Assembly: GCA_964592215.1 (NCBI GenBank) | Contig: CAZQCZ010000002.1 | Span: forward strand, 1 to 28,704 | DNA from: an uncultured Candidatus Saccharibacteria bacterium | GTDB lineage: Bacteria; Patescibacteriota; WWE3; 9FT-COMBO-53-11 | Reading direction: 5' to 3' | DNA: 28,704 nt | In this document: positions 7,982-15,436 of the stretch, one piece after another | How positions within the stretch are numbered: the first letter of the stretch is position 1 | Layout: every line of letters begins with the position of its first letter | Notes under the pieces: model-generated | Told to the model about the DNA's origin: nothing | Databases searched by the model: none | Seen by the model: only the letters and a program-made list of their open reading frames with translations | Program-made: the position numbers and the translations under genes

Positions 7982-8320
7982 ATGACTGATTGTCTATTTT
8001 GCAAGATCATTGCCGGTTCCGAGCCCTCGGAAAAGGTTTTAGAGACGGAGGGTTTTTTGGTGATCAAAAATAAGTTTCCCGCCGCTCCGGTCCATCTTCT
8101 TGTCCTCTCCAAGGAGCACAGGGAGAAGCCGGATACGATCTCGGGCGGGCACCGCGGCTTTTGGGACGGGATGGTTGCTGCCGCCTGGGAAGCGATTAAG
8201 GAGGCAAAGCTGGAGGGGGCGTATAAATTGGTTGTTAACGGCGGAGCCTACTCGCACTTCCCTCACGAGCACCTGCATGTCCTGGGGGGAACGGTGGAGG
8301 AGCCGGGAGGGAGAACTTAG
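7982..8320 (+). CDS. HIT-family nucleotide hydrolase, copy 1 (divergent)
   Basis: DCLFCKI, PAAPVHLLV and PHEHLHVLGG. The ATG at 7982 matches the family start. Confidence 0.85.
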   Translation: MTDCLFCKIIAGSEPSEKVLETEGFLVIKNKFPAAPVHLLVLSKEHREKPDTISGGHRGFWDGMVAAAWEAIKEAKLEGAYKLVVNGGAYSHFPHEHLHVLGGTVEEPGGRT

Positions 8321-8380
8321 GTCAATAGCGTCAATGAATCAAGTATTCAACGATCAAGACTTGGCTACTGGGTTATTAAG

Positions 8381-8728
8381 ATGATTGATTGTTTGTTCTG
8401 CAAAATTGCCCGGAAGAAAAAGAGGGAAGATATCGTCTATGAGGATAGCGACTTCATTGCTTTCCGTGACGCCCATCCGCAGGCGCCGGTGCATCTCCTC
8501 ATTATTCCTAAGGAGCACCTTGGTATTGTAGAGTGTGACGTGGAGAGGAAGCATGCTGTCTGCCGCAAAATCTTTGGCGTCGCCCGAAAGATTGCGGAGA
8601 CGGCGGGGATCGGGGGCGCTTATAAGTTGCTGGTGAACGCTGGTTATAGCGCGAGCGAGGGGCCAGATCATCTGCATGTTCATTTGATCGGAGGTTGGGG
8701 GTCACCGACAGAGGTGCGCCATGCTTGA
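8381..8728 (+). CDS. HIT-family nucleotide hydrolase, copy 2 (HinT-like)
   Basis: DCLFCKI, FRDAHPQAPVHLLIIPKEH and HLHVHLIGG. Confidence 0.9.
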   Translation: MIDCLFCKIARKKKREDIVYEDSDFIAFRDAHPQAPVHLLIIPKEHLGIVECDVERKHAVCRKIFGVARKIAETAGIGGAYKLLVNAGYSASEGPDHLHVHLIGGWGSPTEVRHA

Positions 8729-8746
8729 GGGAGGTGTGATTGCATA

Positions 8747-8938
8747 GTGGCCAAAGTTGTCTTGAAAGAAGGAGAGTCTCTTGAGGAGGCATTGCGTCGT
8801 TTTCGGCAGCGGGTGTTGCGAGAGGGCATCCTCGTCGAATTGCGCCGGCGGGCGAGCTACGAAAGTCCTTCGGAGGCGAGGAAGCGAAAGCGGGCGGCGA
8901 AGAAGAAATTAATTGAGCGATTGGAGGCGGAGAAATAG
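8747..8938 (+). CDS. rpsU: 30S ribosomal protein S21
   Basis: GESLEEALRRF and YESPSEARKRK. GTG start after a GGAGGTG SD; followed by yqeY. Confidence 0.92.
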   Translation: MAKVVLKEGESLEEALRRFRQRVLREGILVELRRRASYESPSEARKRKRAAKKKLIERLEAEK

Positions 8939-8951
8939 CCGGACAGTTAGG

Positions 8952-9410
8952 ATGGGCGAGAATCTTCTAGAGACAATCAGAGGTGATTTGTTGGCGGCGC
9001 TGAAATCGGGCGATCAGCCCAAAGTTGGTGCGTTGCGATTTCTTTTGTCAGCCATTCATAACGCTGAAATAAGCAAGGGGAAGGATGCGGTTTTGACGGA
9101 AGAGGAGTTGATCGAAGTCCTTCGGAAGCAGGCAAGGCAGCGCTGCGAATCGATCGAAGCGTATGAGAAGGGTGGGCGTTCGGATCTTGTCGAGCAGGAG
9201 AGGAGGGAGCTGGAGATCGTCGGGGGCTACCTTCCCCGGATGCTCTCTGAAGAAGAGATCCGCCCGTTAATAGAGGAGACGATTAAGGAGGTTGGTGCCA
9301 AAGGTTCGTCGGACATGGGAAAGGTAATGGGGGCGTTGATGCCGAAGGTTAAAGGGAAGGCCGATGGTGCCGTAGTCAGCAAGATAGTTAAAGAAATGTT
9401 GGCCTCCTAA
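8952..9410 (+). CDS. yqeY: GatB/YqeY domain protein
   Basis: ALKSGD...LRFLLSAI, KQARQR.ESIEAYEKGGR.DL, YLP and DMGKVMG. Start is the ATG at 8952. Confidence 0.92.
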   Translation: MGENLLETIRGDLLAALKSGDQPKVGALRFLLSAIHNAEISKGKDAVLTEEELIEVLRKQARQRCESIEAYEKGGRSDLVEQERRELEIVGGYLPRMLSEEEIRPLIEETIKEVGAKGSSDMGKVMGALMPKVKGKADGAVVSKIVKEMLAS

Positions 9411-9416
9411 TCAGCG

Positions 9417-9974
9417 ATGGGGAAGAAGACGAAGAACTGTATCTTCTTTTTAATCGGGGCAAGCGGCAGTGGAAAGACCGTAGTCTGTGACTACCTCAAG
9501 AAACACTGCGCTTCTAAATCGGTTGGTGCGGATCTCGCGGTCCACGACATCGACGAAGACGGCCTTCCCGATTTTGGGCGGGGTCATTGGAGGAGGTATC
9601 GAATCGATGAGCTCCTCGGGAATGCTAAGAGGGCTATTGCCGAACGATCCAGCCTTATCTGTGGCGTTATCCTTCCCCACGAGGTTATTGAATCGGATCT
9701 TTTCGAGCCCGAAATGCGGGTTTATTTTATTTTGTTGGACGCCTCTTCTCAGGCAATATCCCGAAGGCTTTCGAGGAGACTTGAATCAAAGTATGGAAAG
9801 GAAAAATCGGAGGAATCGGCAAGGGATAATATCAAGTTCTCAAAGAAGCTGAGGAGCCAAATCTCCATGCAAAGAAATGGCTTTACGGTAGATACGCGCA
9901 ACAAGAGTATTAAGCAGGTTGCTGAGGAAGTTTTAGCGATCGTTATGCGGGTTCTGGGAAGCAAGGCGCGTTGA
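9417..9974 (+). CDS. Small P-loop (nucleoside/nucleotide kinase-like) protein
   Basis: FLIGASGSGKT, HDID, LLDAS...RRLSRR (lid-like) and C-terminal VDT..KS...VAEEV. Confidence 0.75.
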   Translation: MGKKTKNCIFFLIGASGSGKTVVCDYLKKHCASKSVGADLAVHDIDEDGLPDFGRGHWRRYRIDELLGNAKRAIAERSSLICGVILPHEVIESDLFEPEMRVYFILLDASSQAISRRLSRRLESKYGKEKSEESARDNIKFSKKLRSQISMQRNGFTVDTRNKSIKQVAEEVLAIVMRVLGSKAR

Positions 9975-10241
9975 ATGGAAGTTAAGGTTTCCGTTTCCTT
10001 TGTCCCCGCGGGGGAGATGAAGAAGTTGAATAAAGAGCTTCGCGGTAAGAACTACACTCCGGCAGTGCTGTCCTTCGAATATTTTGAGCCGACAGAAGAG
10101 GGGCTCCTTTTGGGCGAGGTCTTGATCTGTAGAGGCGAGGCAAGAAAACTCGCTAAAGAGAATAAGATTTCCGAAGATGAGCAGGTTAGCGCCCTGATTC
10201 TTCACGGAACGAAGCATATCCTTGGGATTCACCATCGTTAG
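9975..10241 (+). CDS. ybeY: Minimal YbeY-like metal-dependent endoribonuclease (88 aa)
   Basis: MKKLNKELRGK, VLSF, LGEVLIC and HGTKHILGIHH (HxxxHxxGxxH). Confidence 0.85.
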   Translation: MEVKVSVSFVPAGEMKKLNKELRGKNYTPAVLSFEYFEPTEEGLLLGEVLICRGEARKLAKENKISEDEQVSALILHGTKHILGIHHR

Positions 10242-10275
10242 AACCGTCTTGTCAGAGCCTGCCGTTGCCGCTATT

Positions 10276-10284
10276 TGTTACCAT
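10276..10284 (+). promoter_or_regulatory. Extended -10 promoter of pth
   Basis: TGtTACCAT lies 9 nt before the ATG; no SD. Confidence 0.5.
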
Positions 10285-10293
10285 TCATTTTGA

Positions 10294-10779
10294 ATGAAAC
10301 TCGTCGTTGGGCTCGGAAATCCGGGGAAGAGATTTGCTAAGGATCGTCACAATGTCGGGCATATATTCATATCCTCGTGCGGTAAAGAGCTAAAAGCTAA
10401 AGGCGAAAAACGGAATCAGGCGAAATGGCATAAGACGACTGTCTTTATGAACGATTCCGGCAAGGAAGTGGGGCAGCTAGCTGCTCGTTATCAAGTGCCG
10501 ACCGCCGACTTGTTGATTGTTCACGATGATATGGATCTGCCGTTGGGAGAGTTTCGGCTTCAGTTTGGCCGTTCGGCAGCGGGACATAAGGGTGTTCAGA
10601 GCATCATTGATGCGCTTGGTACACAGGATTTCTGGCGGTTACGGATCGGGATTGGCCGCCCGCCCGTTGGCGTTCCCAGCGAAGACTACGTTCTTTCTCC
10701 CTTCAGCGCAGAAGGGCTCGGAAAGCTCTATAAAGTCCTCGACGAAGCGGTCTCCAGCGTTTCGAAATGGCTCGGTTAG
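10294..10779 (+). CDS. pth: Peptidyl-tRNA hydrolase
   Basis: VGLGNPG, RHNVG, FMNDSG, HDDMDLP, GHKG and RLRIGIGRP. Confidence 0.95.
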   Translation: MKLVVGLGNPGKRFAKDRHNVGHIFISSCGKELKAKGEKRNQAKWHKTTVFMNDSGKEVGQLAARYQVPTADLLIVHDDMDLPLGEFRLQFGRSAAGHKGVQSIIDALGTQDFWRLRIGIGRPPVGVPSEDYVLSPFSAEGLGKLYKVLDEAVSSVSKWLG

Positions 10780-11942
10780 ATTCTCTTAAACGAGGGGTCA
10801 AGAGAGAGGCGGAGATGGTGCCTCTTTTCCTCAGTCACTCCCTCCGCTCGGCGGCGATTTCACTTTCTTCTCTCTTCTCATCAATCTTTATCTACGAAGC
10901 GCTGCTTTTCCTAACCGGCCAGAGCAATACCGCTCTTCTCGGCGTCTTTTCCTTCTTCCTCGGACTTTACGTATTCAAACTTGTTGGGGTGCTTCTTGCG
11001 GAGGAGATGGCGCTGCGGCTCGGTTTTCGTTGGACGTTCTTTCTTGGGCTGATTCTTTCAGCCCTTTGCATTTCTACCCTCGCCCTTTCCCAGCGATGGC
11101 CCGTTCTTCTTTGTTTGGTGATGGCCATCTGGGGGCTTTCCGCCGGTTTCTACTGGTTCGGTTGGCACGGAATGATGGCTAAGTGCTGCCGCCGTGGCTC
11201 TTTTGGTGAGGAGCTTGGTCTCTCCGGTGTAATTACGACCTTCTTGCTCGCCGGTGTGCCTCTTCTCGGCGGTTGGCTGATCAGCCGTTTTGGCTATTCC
11301 GCTCTCTTTGCTGTGTCTCTTTTCTTCATCTTCCTTGATCTTCTCTCCGTTCGCTTCTTGCGCGGAGAGCAAACTCATCAGGATACTTCCTTTGGGGAAG
11401 CGCTTCGTCTTTTCAGAACCCACAAGCGGGTGGCCTTGACCTATGCCGGCAATTCCTCTGGTGGAGTCATCTATGCGGACGCGATGCCTTTGTATCTCTT
11501 CCTAATTCTCGGAACGAAACTTTCCTTGGGGGAGTTCCTCACTGCGTCCAGCCTTTTGGTGGCATTTCTCGGTTTGGCTATCGGGTGGTGGGTTGATAAG
11601 AAGGGGAAGACGGGGCTGCTCGAGTCGGGTTCTTTGTTCTCATCGTCTGCGTGGCTGGGGCGTCTGATTACGAGGTCGGTGTTCCCGTTGTTTATTCTAG
11701 ACATGATTACGCGCATTGCCGCCAAGATGGTGGAAATTCCTCTTGGTGCCTGGAGTTATGAAAAGGCCCTCGATGGCCACTCTACCGGAAGGGCGATTCT
11801 TTTTAGGGAAACGGCGGTCTGCTTCGGCGAGATTTTCGCCTGTCTGCTTCTCATTGTTTCCGTGCTGTGCGGATTGGGGTTTGAAGTCGGCTTCCTTGCC
11901 GCCGCTATTTTCAGCCTCGCGCCGCTGCTGCTTACGCTTTAG
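10767..11942 (+). CDS. MFS-type transporter
   Basis: About 12 hydrophobic segments in a 6+6 arrangement, with PLLGGWLISRFGY and GWWVDKKG loop motifs. Confidence 0.75.
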   Translation: MARLDSLKRGVKREAEMVPLFLSHSLRSAAISLSSLFSSIFIYEALLFLTGQSNTALLGVFSFFLGLYVFKLVGVLLAEEMALRLGFRWTFFLGLILSALCISTLALSQRWPVLLCLVMAIWGLSAGFYWFGWHGMMAKCCRRGSFGEELGLSGVITTFLLAGVPLLGGWLISRFGYSALFAVSLFFIFLDLLSVRFLRGEQTHQDTSFGEALRLFRTHKRVALTYAGNSSGGVIYADAMPLYLFLILGTKLSLGEFLTASSLLVAFLGLAIGWWVDKKGKTGLLESGSLFSSSAWLGRLITRSVFPLFILDMITRIAAKMVEIPLGAWSYEKALDGHSTGRAILFRETAVCFGEIFACLLLIVSVLCGLGFEVGFLAAAIFSLAPLLLTL

Positions 11943-13035
11943 GGTTGGGCCCTAACGCTGCTCTTTTTTGGCTGAGCGTTAGCCCGTGTTTTTGAGCTAG
12001 GTCTCTGACAATTCCCAAAGCGGTTTTCGCCTGCGCCCTAATTTTCTTTCCCTTGGCGATTTCGTCTGGCCACAAGCAGTCAATATCGGCAGCGGCCGCT
12101 TGCTGCTCCTGAGCGAAGCGATCGAGAGCTCTATCGATTTCTTCGTCGCTCAATTTTGCTGTTAGCCTAACGGAAGCTGCTATCGCTTTTGCTATGTCAT
12201 TAGGCCACGCTGGGGAAAATCCCCAGAGGACAATGGCATCGCAGAAAAAGCTGCGGCGATACTCCTCTTTGCTAATTTTCCGCTCCGGAAAGAACAGCCT
12301 CTTCCTGAGGATGGTCGACGCTGAGGGATAGCTGAGGGGTGAGGGGACAGGTAAGTATCGCCCGCGGAAATGATATCCGCCCTTTTTCATAAAGTGATAC
12401 ACGGGAGTGTGCTGGGCGCCTTGAATCACTGCGACCTTCTTCTTTCCTTGTATTTTTCCGAGCCACTCCTCCAACTGTTTAATTACAATTCCCTCTCTTC
12501 GGCGGCAGTCCTCGGCGAGGGCTTTAATGAATCCTGGGTATTGCCGGAGCGCTTCTTCTACATCGCCGTTGCGGAGAAGTCTGTGAAGTTCTTCGTTACA
12601 GGCCTCCAATCTTCCGCTACGGGGGTTAGAATCTTCCTCTGTTTCTATGGTTTCATCAATGAATCTTATTTCTTTTCCGCTTCCGGCTATGTAAGTCGCG
12701 AATTGATCGAGGAATTCTTGTTGGGCGAGTTGATGATATTGCCGCAGCGCCTCTGCTCTGGGGTGATCGGGAGGAATTTGAGCAAGCGCGTTCAGGCAAG
12801 ATTCCAGCTCTTTCCTTTTTCCTTTCGTAGCGATGAATTCGAGCAGAATGAGGTCGGCGTCTTCTGCTTTTTCCCAAATTTGGCCGACATTTTCCGGTGT
12901 GTGAAAAACGTAAAGAAACGTCACTTCAACATCCGGTCGGTTTTCCGGGGATTTGGCGGCTTCGGTGGCATCTCCTCCCGCCGAGGCCGCTTCTGGCGGG
13001 GCAGGTTTTCCCGCTTCGAATGCTTTTCCTCCCAT
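11932..13035 (-). CDS. Hypothetical protein, possibly TIKI/TraB/ChaN/EreA-like hydrolase fold
   Basis: LYVFH, DLILLE, RRRE.IV.KQL and VAVIQGAQH occur in the order typical of that superfamily. The N-terminal leader is low-complexity. Confidence 0.45.
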   Translation of the reverse strand: MGGKAFEAGKPAPPEAASAGGDATEAAKSPENRPDVEVTFLYVFHTPENVGQIWEKAEDADLILLEFIATKGKRKELESCLNALAQIPPDHPRAEALRQYHQLAQQEFLDQFATYIAGSGKEIRFIDETIETEEDSNPRSGRLEACNEELHRLLRNGDVEEALRQYPGFIKALAEDCRRREGIVIKQLEEWLGKIQGKKKVAVIQGAQHTPVYHFMKKGGYHFRGRYLPVPSPLSYPSASTILRKRLFFPERKISKEEYRRSFFCDAIVLWGFSPAWPNDIAKAIAASVRLTAKLSDEEIDRALDRFAQEQQAAAADIDCLWPDEIAKGKKIRAQAKTALGIVRDLAQKHGLTLSQKRAALGPNPKA

Positions 13036-13082
13036 TACCTTATCACAGGCAGTGCTTTTGCTGATCGCCGCCTCTTCCTACA

Positions 13083-13110
13083 AACAATCAGCTATTAGCA
13101 ATTAACAATC
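13083..13110 (+). repeat. Heptamer tract upstream of dnaX
   Basis: AACAATC AGCTATT AGCAATT AACAATC. Confidence 0.6.
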
Positions 13111-13120
13111 CAATCGCCTG

Positions 13121-13129
13121 TGCTATCAT
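13121..13129 (+). promoter_or_regulatory. Extended -10 promoter of dnaX
   Basis: TGcTATCAT lies 5 nt before ATG 13135 and 11 nt before ATG 13141; no SD. Confidence 0.55.
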
Positions 13130-13134
13130 TGGCG

Positions 13135-14583
13135 ATGAGAATGCTCTATCGAAAATATCGGCCCCAGAAGTTCAGCGAGCTTATTGGTCTTGATCCCGTC
13201 AAAAAGACGCTTCTTTCCCAAGTAAAGGAGGGGAAGATCGGTCATGCCTATCTCTTTTCCGGTCCACGGGGGACTGGGAAAACGTCGACGGCGCGAATCC
13301 TGGCGAAAGCGATGAACTGCCTTGGCAGCGAGGGCGGCGAGCCATGCGGCGAATGCATCGTTTGTGAACAAATCGAGGGGGGGCGGTTTCTTGACCTTAT
13401 TGAAATTGACGCCGCTTCCAATCGCGGGATCGATGACATCCGCTCTCTGCGGGAGAGAGTTCGGCTGGCGCCGTCCTCCGGCAATTACAAAGTCTACATC
13501 GTCGACGAGGCACACATGCTCACCGCCGAAGCCGCTAATGCTCTGCTTAAAACTTTAGAGGAGCCGCCGGCGCATGCCATTTTCGTTCTTTGCACGACCG
13601 AGCCATACAAACTGCCGGCGACGATTCGCTCCCGCTGCCAGCAGTTTAACTTTGAGCGAGCTTCCACTCCTCTTATTGTTGAATGCTTGGGGGGAATTTG
13701 TCGGCGGGAAGGAGTGACGCTTGGAGATGAGGAGTTGGAAGAAATTGCTAAGGCCGCCGGCGGCGGTTTCCGAGATGCCGAGACTCTCCTCGAGCAAGTA
13801 ATCACCGGAAGCCAGAAAGTATCGGACCTTGTTGGTCTCACTGACCTTGACGATCTGGGAGATTTCTTTGATCACCTAATCGCCGGAAATAGTTCGGGGG
13901 CCTTGGTCTATCTCAACGCTCTTTACGACAAGGGTATTGGAATGGAGAATCTGTGCCGGAAGATTTTGGAATACCTTCGTGACCTTTTGCTGATTAAGGC
14001 GGGGGTAGGGGAGAGCTTGGTTGAGGTGGGGAAGGACCAGTTTGCCAAGATGCGGGCGCAGGCTGCATCGTTGGAACCATTTCGGCTTGTCAACATGATC
14101 AATAAGTTTACCCAATCTTACGAAAACCTCGCTCAGAGCTCGGTCCCAACGCTGCCGCTTGAGGTGGCAGTCGTTGAGGTGTCAGCTCCGGGTCAAATGT
14201 CCCCGCCAAGCACAGATTCGCCTCTGAGTGAAAAAATCAAAGATCAAAAAGAGGGGAGCAGAATGCGGACGGTTGGAGATGTGCCTGATCAACCAGTCAG
14301 CCAGCCGACCACTGGACTGGCCGATTGTTGGTCTGAATTGATGAGGCAGGTCGAGCCGCTCAATCACAGCGTTGCCGCCTTGTTGCGCTCTTGTGAGCCC
14401 GGAAAAGTGATGGGTCGCAAGCTCATTATCTGCGCTTTTTATCCATTCCACAAAGAGAGGTTAGAGGAGCCGAAATGTCGGACGATCCTGGAGCAGGCGG
14501 CGAAGGAAGTGTATGGTAAGAATCTAGGAGTTGAGGTGAGGCTGGCAAGAGGGAAGCAGCTTGTGTCGGGTTCGAAATCTTAG
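13135..14583 (+). CDS. dnaX: DNA polymerase III subunit gamma/tau (start at 13135 or 13141)
   Basis: LYRKYRPQ, GPRGTGKT, CGEC..C, EIDAASNRGID, DEAHML, LKTLEEPP and TIRSRCQ. Confidence 0.97.
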   Translation: MRMLYRKYRPQKFSELIGLDPVKKTLLSQVKEGKIGHAYLFSGPRGTGKTSTARILAKAMNCLGSEGGEPCGECIVCEQIEGGRFLDLIEIDAASNRGIDDIRSLRERVRLAPSSGNYKVYIVDEAHMLTAEAANALLKTLEEPPAHAIFVLCTTEPYKLPATIRSRCQQFNFERASTPLIVECLGGICRREGVTLGDEELEEIAKAAGGGFRDAETLLEQVITGSQKVSDLVGLTDLDDLGDFFDHLIAGNSSGALVYLNALYDKGIGMENLCRKILEYLRDLLLIKAGVGESLVEVGKDQFAKMRAQAASLEPFRLVNMINKFTQSYENLAQSSVPTLPLEVAVVEVSAPGQMSPPSTDSPLSEKIKDQKEGSRMRTVGDVPDQPVSQPTTGLADCWSELMRQVEPLNHSVAALLRSCEPGKVMGRKLIICAFYPFHKERLEEPKCRTILEQAAKEVYGKNLGVEVRLARGKQLVSGSKS

Positions 14584-14750
14584 ATTCGAAACGAATTTCG
14601 GCGAAGCAGGTCACAAATCACAAGCGATACAACCTTGGAGAGGGGGACATTGGCGTTCGCAGAGGTACAGACTAGTAGATATTGGCAATACGAAGTTGGA
14701 AGAGGGGGCGGCTGAGGTTGTTAGTATAGGCTTAGTGCTTCGATTTTTGA
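14571..14750. repeat. Intergenic repeat element between dnaX and recR, related to the rpsR-ctpA spacer
   Basis: Contains the near-palindrome TTCGAAATCTTAGATTCGAA. AGATTCGAAACG (14582-14593) is identical to 19756-19767, and the right end TTAGTGCTTCGATTTT resembles TTTAGTGTTTCGAATTT at 19809. Confidence 0.6.
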
Positions 14751-14753
14751 CTC

Positions 14754-15434
14754 ATGAAGGTTCCGAGAGCGATCAAAAATTTAATCGATGCCCTTGAACG
14801 GCTGCCGGGGATAGGTCCAAAAACGGCAGCGCGGTTAACCTTTTATCTTCTCCATGTTCCTGAGGCGGAGCGGGAGAAGCTGGGGCAGGCCGTGCTGGAG
14901 TTAGGGAAGGAGACAGCGATTTGCCAGCGGTGTTTCAACATTGCCAACCCCCCTTCGTCCCTCGACGGGCTCGGGACTACGGAGGGGCAGGCCCTCCCTG
15001 TCCTTTGTGAGATCTGCAGCGATTCCAGTCGTGACCAGTCAACAATCTGCGTCGTCGAAGAGCCGTTGGATCTGATGGCGTTTGAGCGGTCAGGAAAATA
15101 CCGCGGACTCTACCACGTTCTTCAGGGGGCGATTGCCCCCTTGGAGCACATCGGACCGGAGGATTTGAAGATAGACGAGTTAATGGCTCGTCTGAAGAAT
15201 AAAGCAGGAGGTGAGGGCCAGGTGAGGGAGGTCATCCTTGCAACGAATCCCTCGCTTGAGGGTGAAGCGACGGCGATGTACGTTAGGCAACTAATCAGAA
15301 GCCAGGAATCTAAAGACAGCGGTAGGAAGGTAAAGGTCACGAGAATTGCGCGGGGAATCCCGACCGGAGGCGATTTGGAGTATGCAGATGAAACTACTCT
15401 AACTAAGGCATTGGAAGGACGGCAGGAGTATTAG
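14754..15434 (+). CDS. recR: Recombination mediator RecR with an insertion in the Zn finger
   Basis: HhH LPGIGPKTAARL, CQRC...CEIC, CVVEEP, YHVLQG and Toprim EVILATNPSLEGEATA. Confidence 0.97.
   Translation: MKVPRAIKNLIDALERLPGIGPKTAARLTFYLLHVPEAEREKLGQAVLELGKETAICQRCFNIANPPSSLDGLGTTEGQALPVLCEICSDSSRDQSTICVVEEPLDLMAFERSGKYRGLYHVLQGAIAPLEHIGPEDLKIDELMARLKNKAGGEGQVREVILATNPSLEGEATAMYVRQLIRSQESKDSGRKVKVTRIARGIPTGGDLEYADETTLTKALEGRQEY
14950..14987 (+). repeat. Palindromic mini-element inserted in frame in recR
   Basis: CCCCTTCG-TCCC-TCGACGGGCTC-GGGAC-TA-CGGAGGGG forms a nested hairpin and encodes part of PPSSLDGLGTTEGQA. Confidence 0.7.
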
Positions 15435-15436
15435 CT

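Noticed and set aside
14561-14797. 78-aa ORF between dnaX and recR as YbaB/EbfC
   Set aside because: It has no YbaB motifs, overlaps both neighbours, and largely translates the repeat element.
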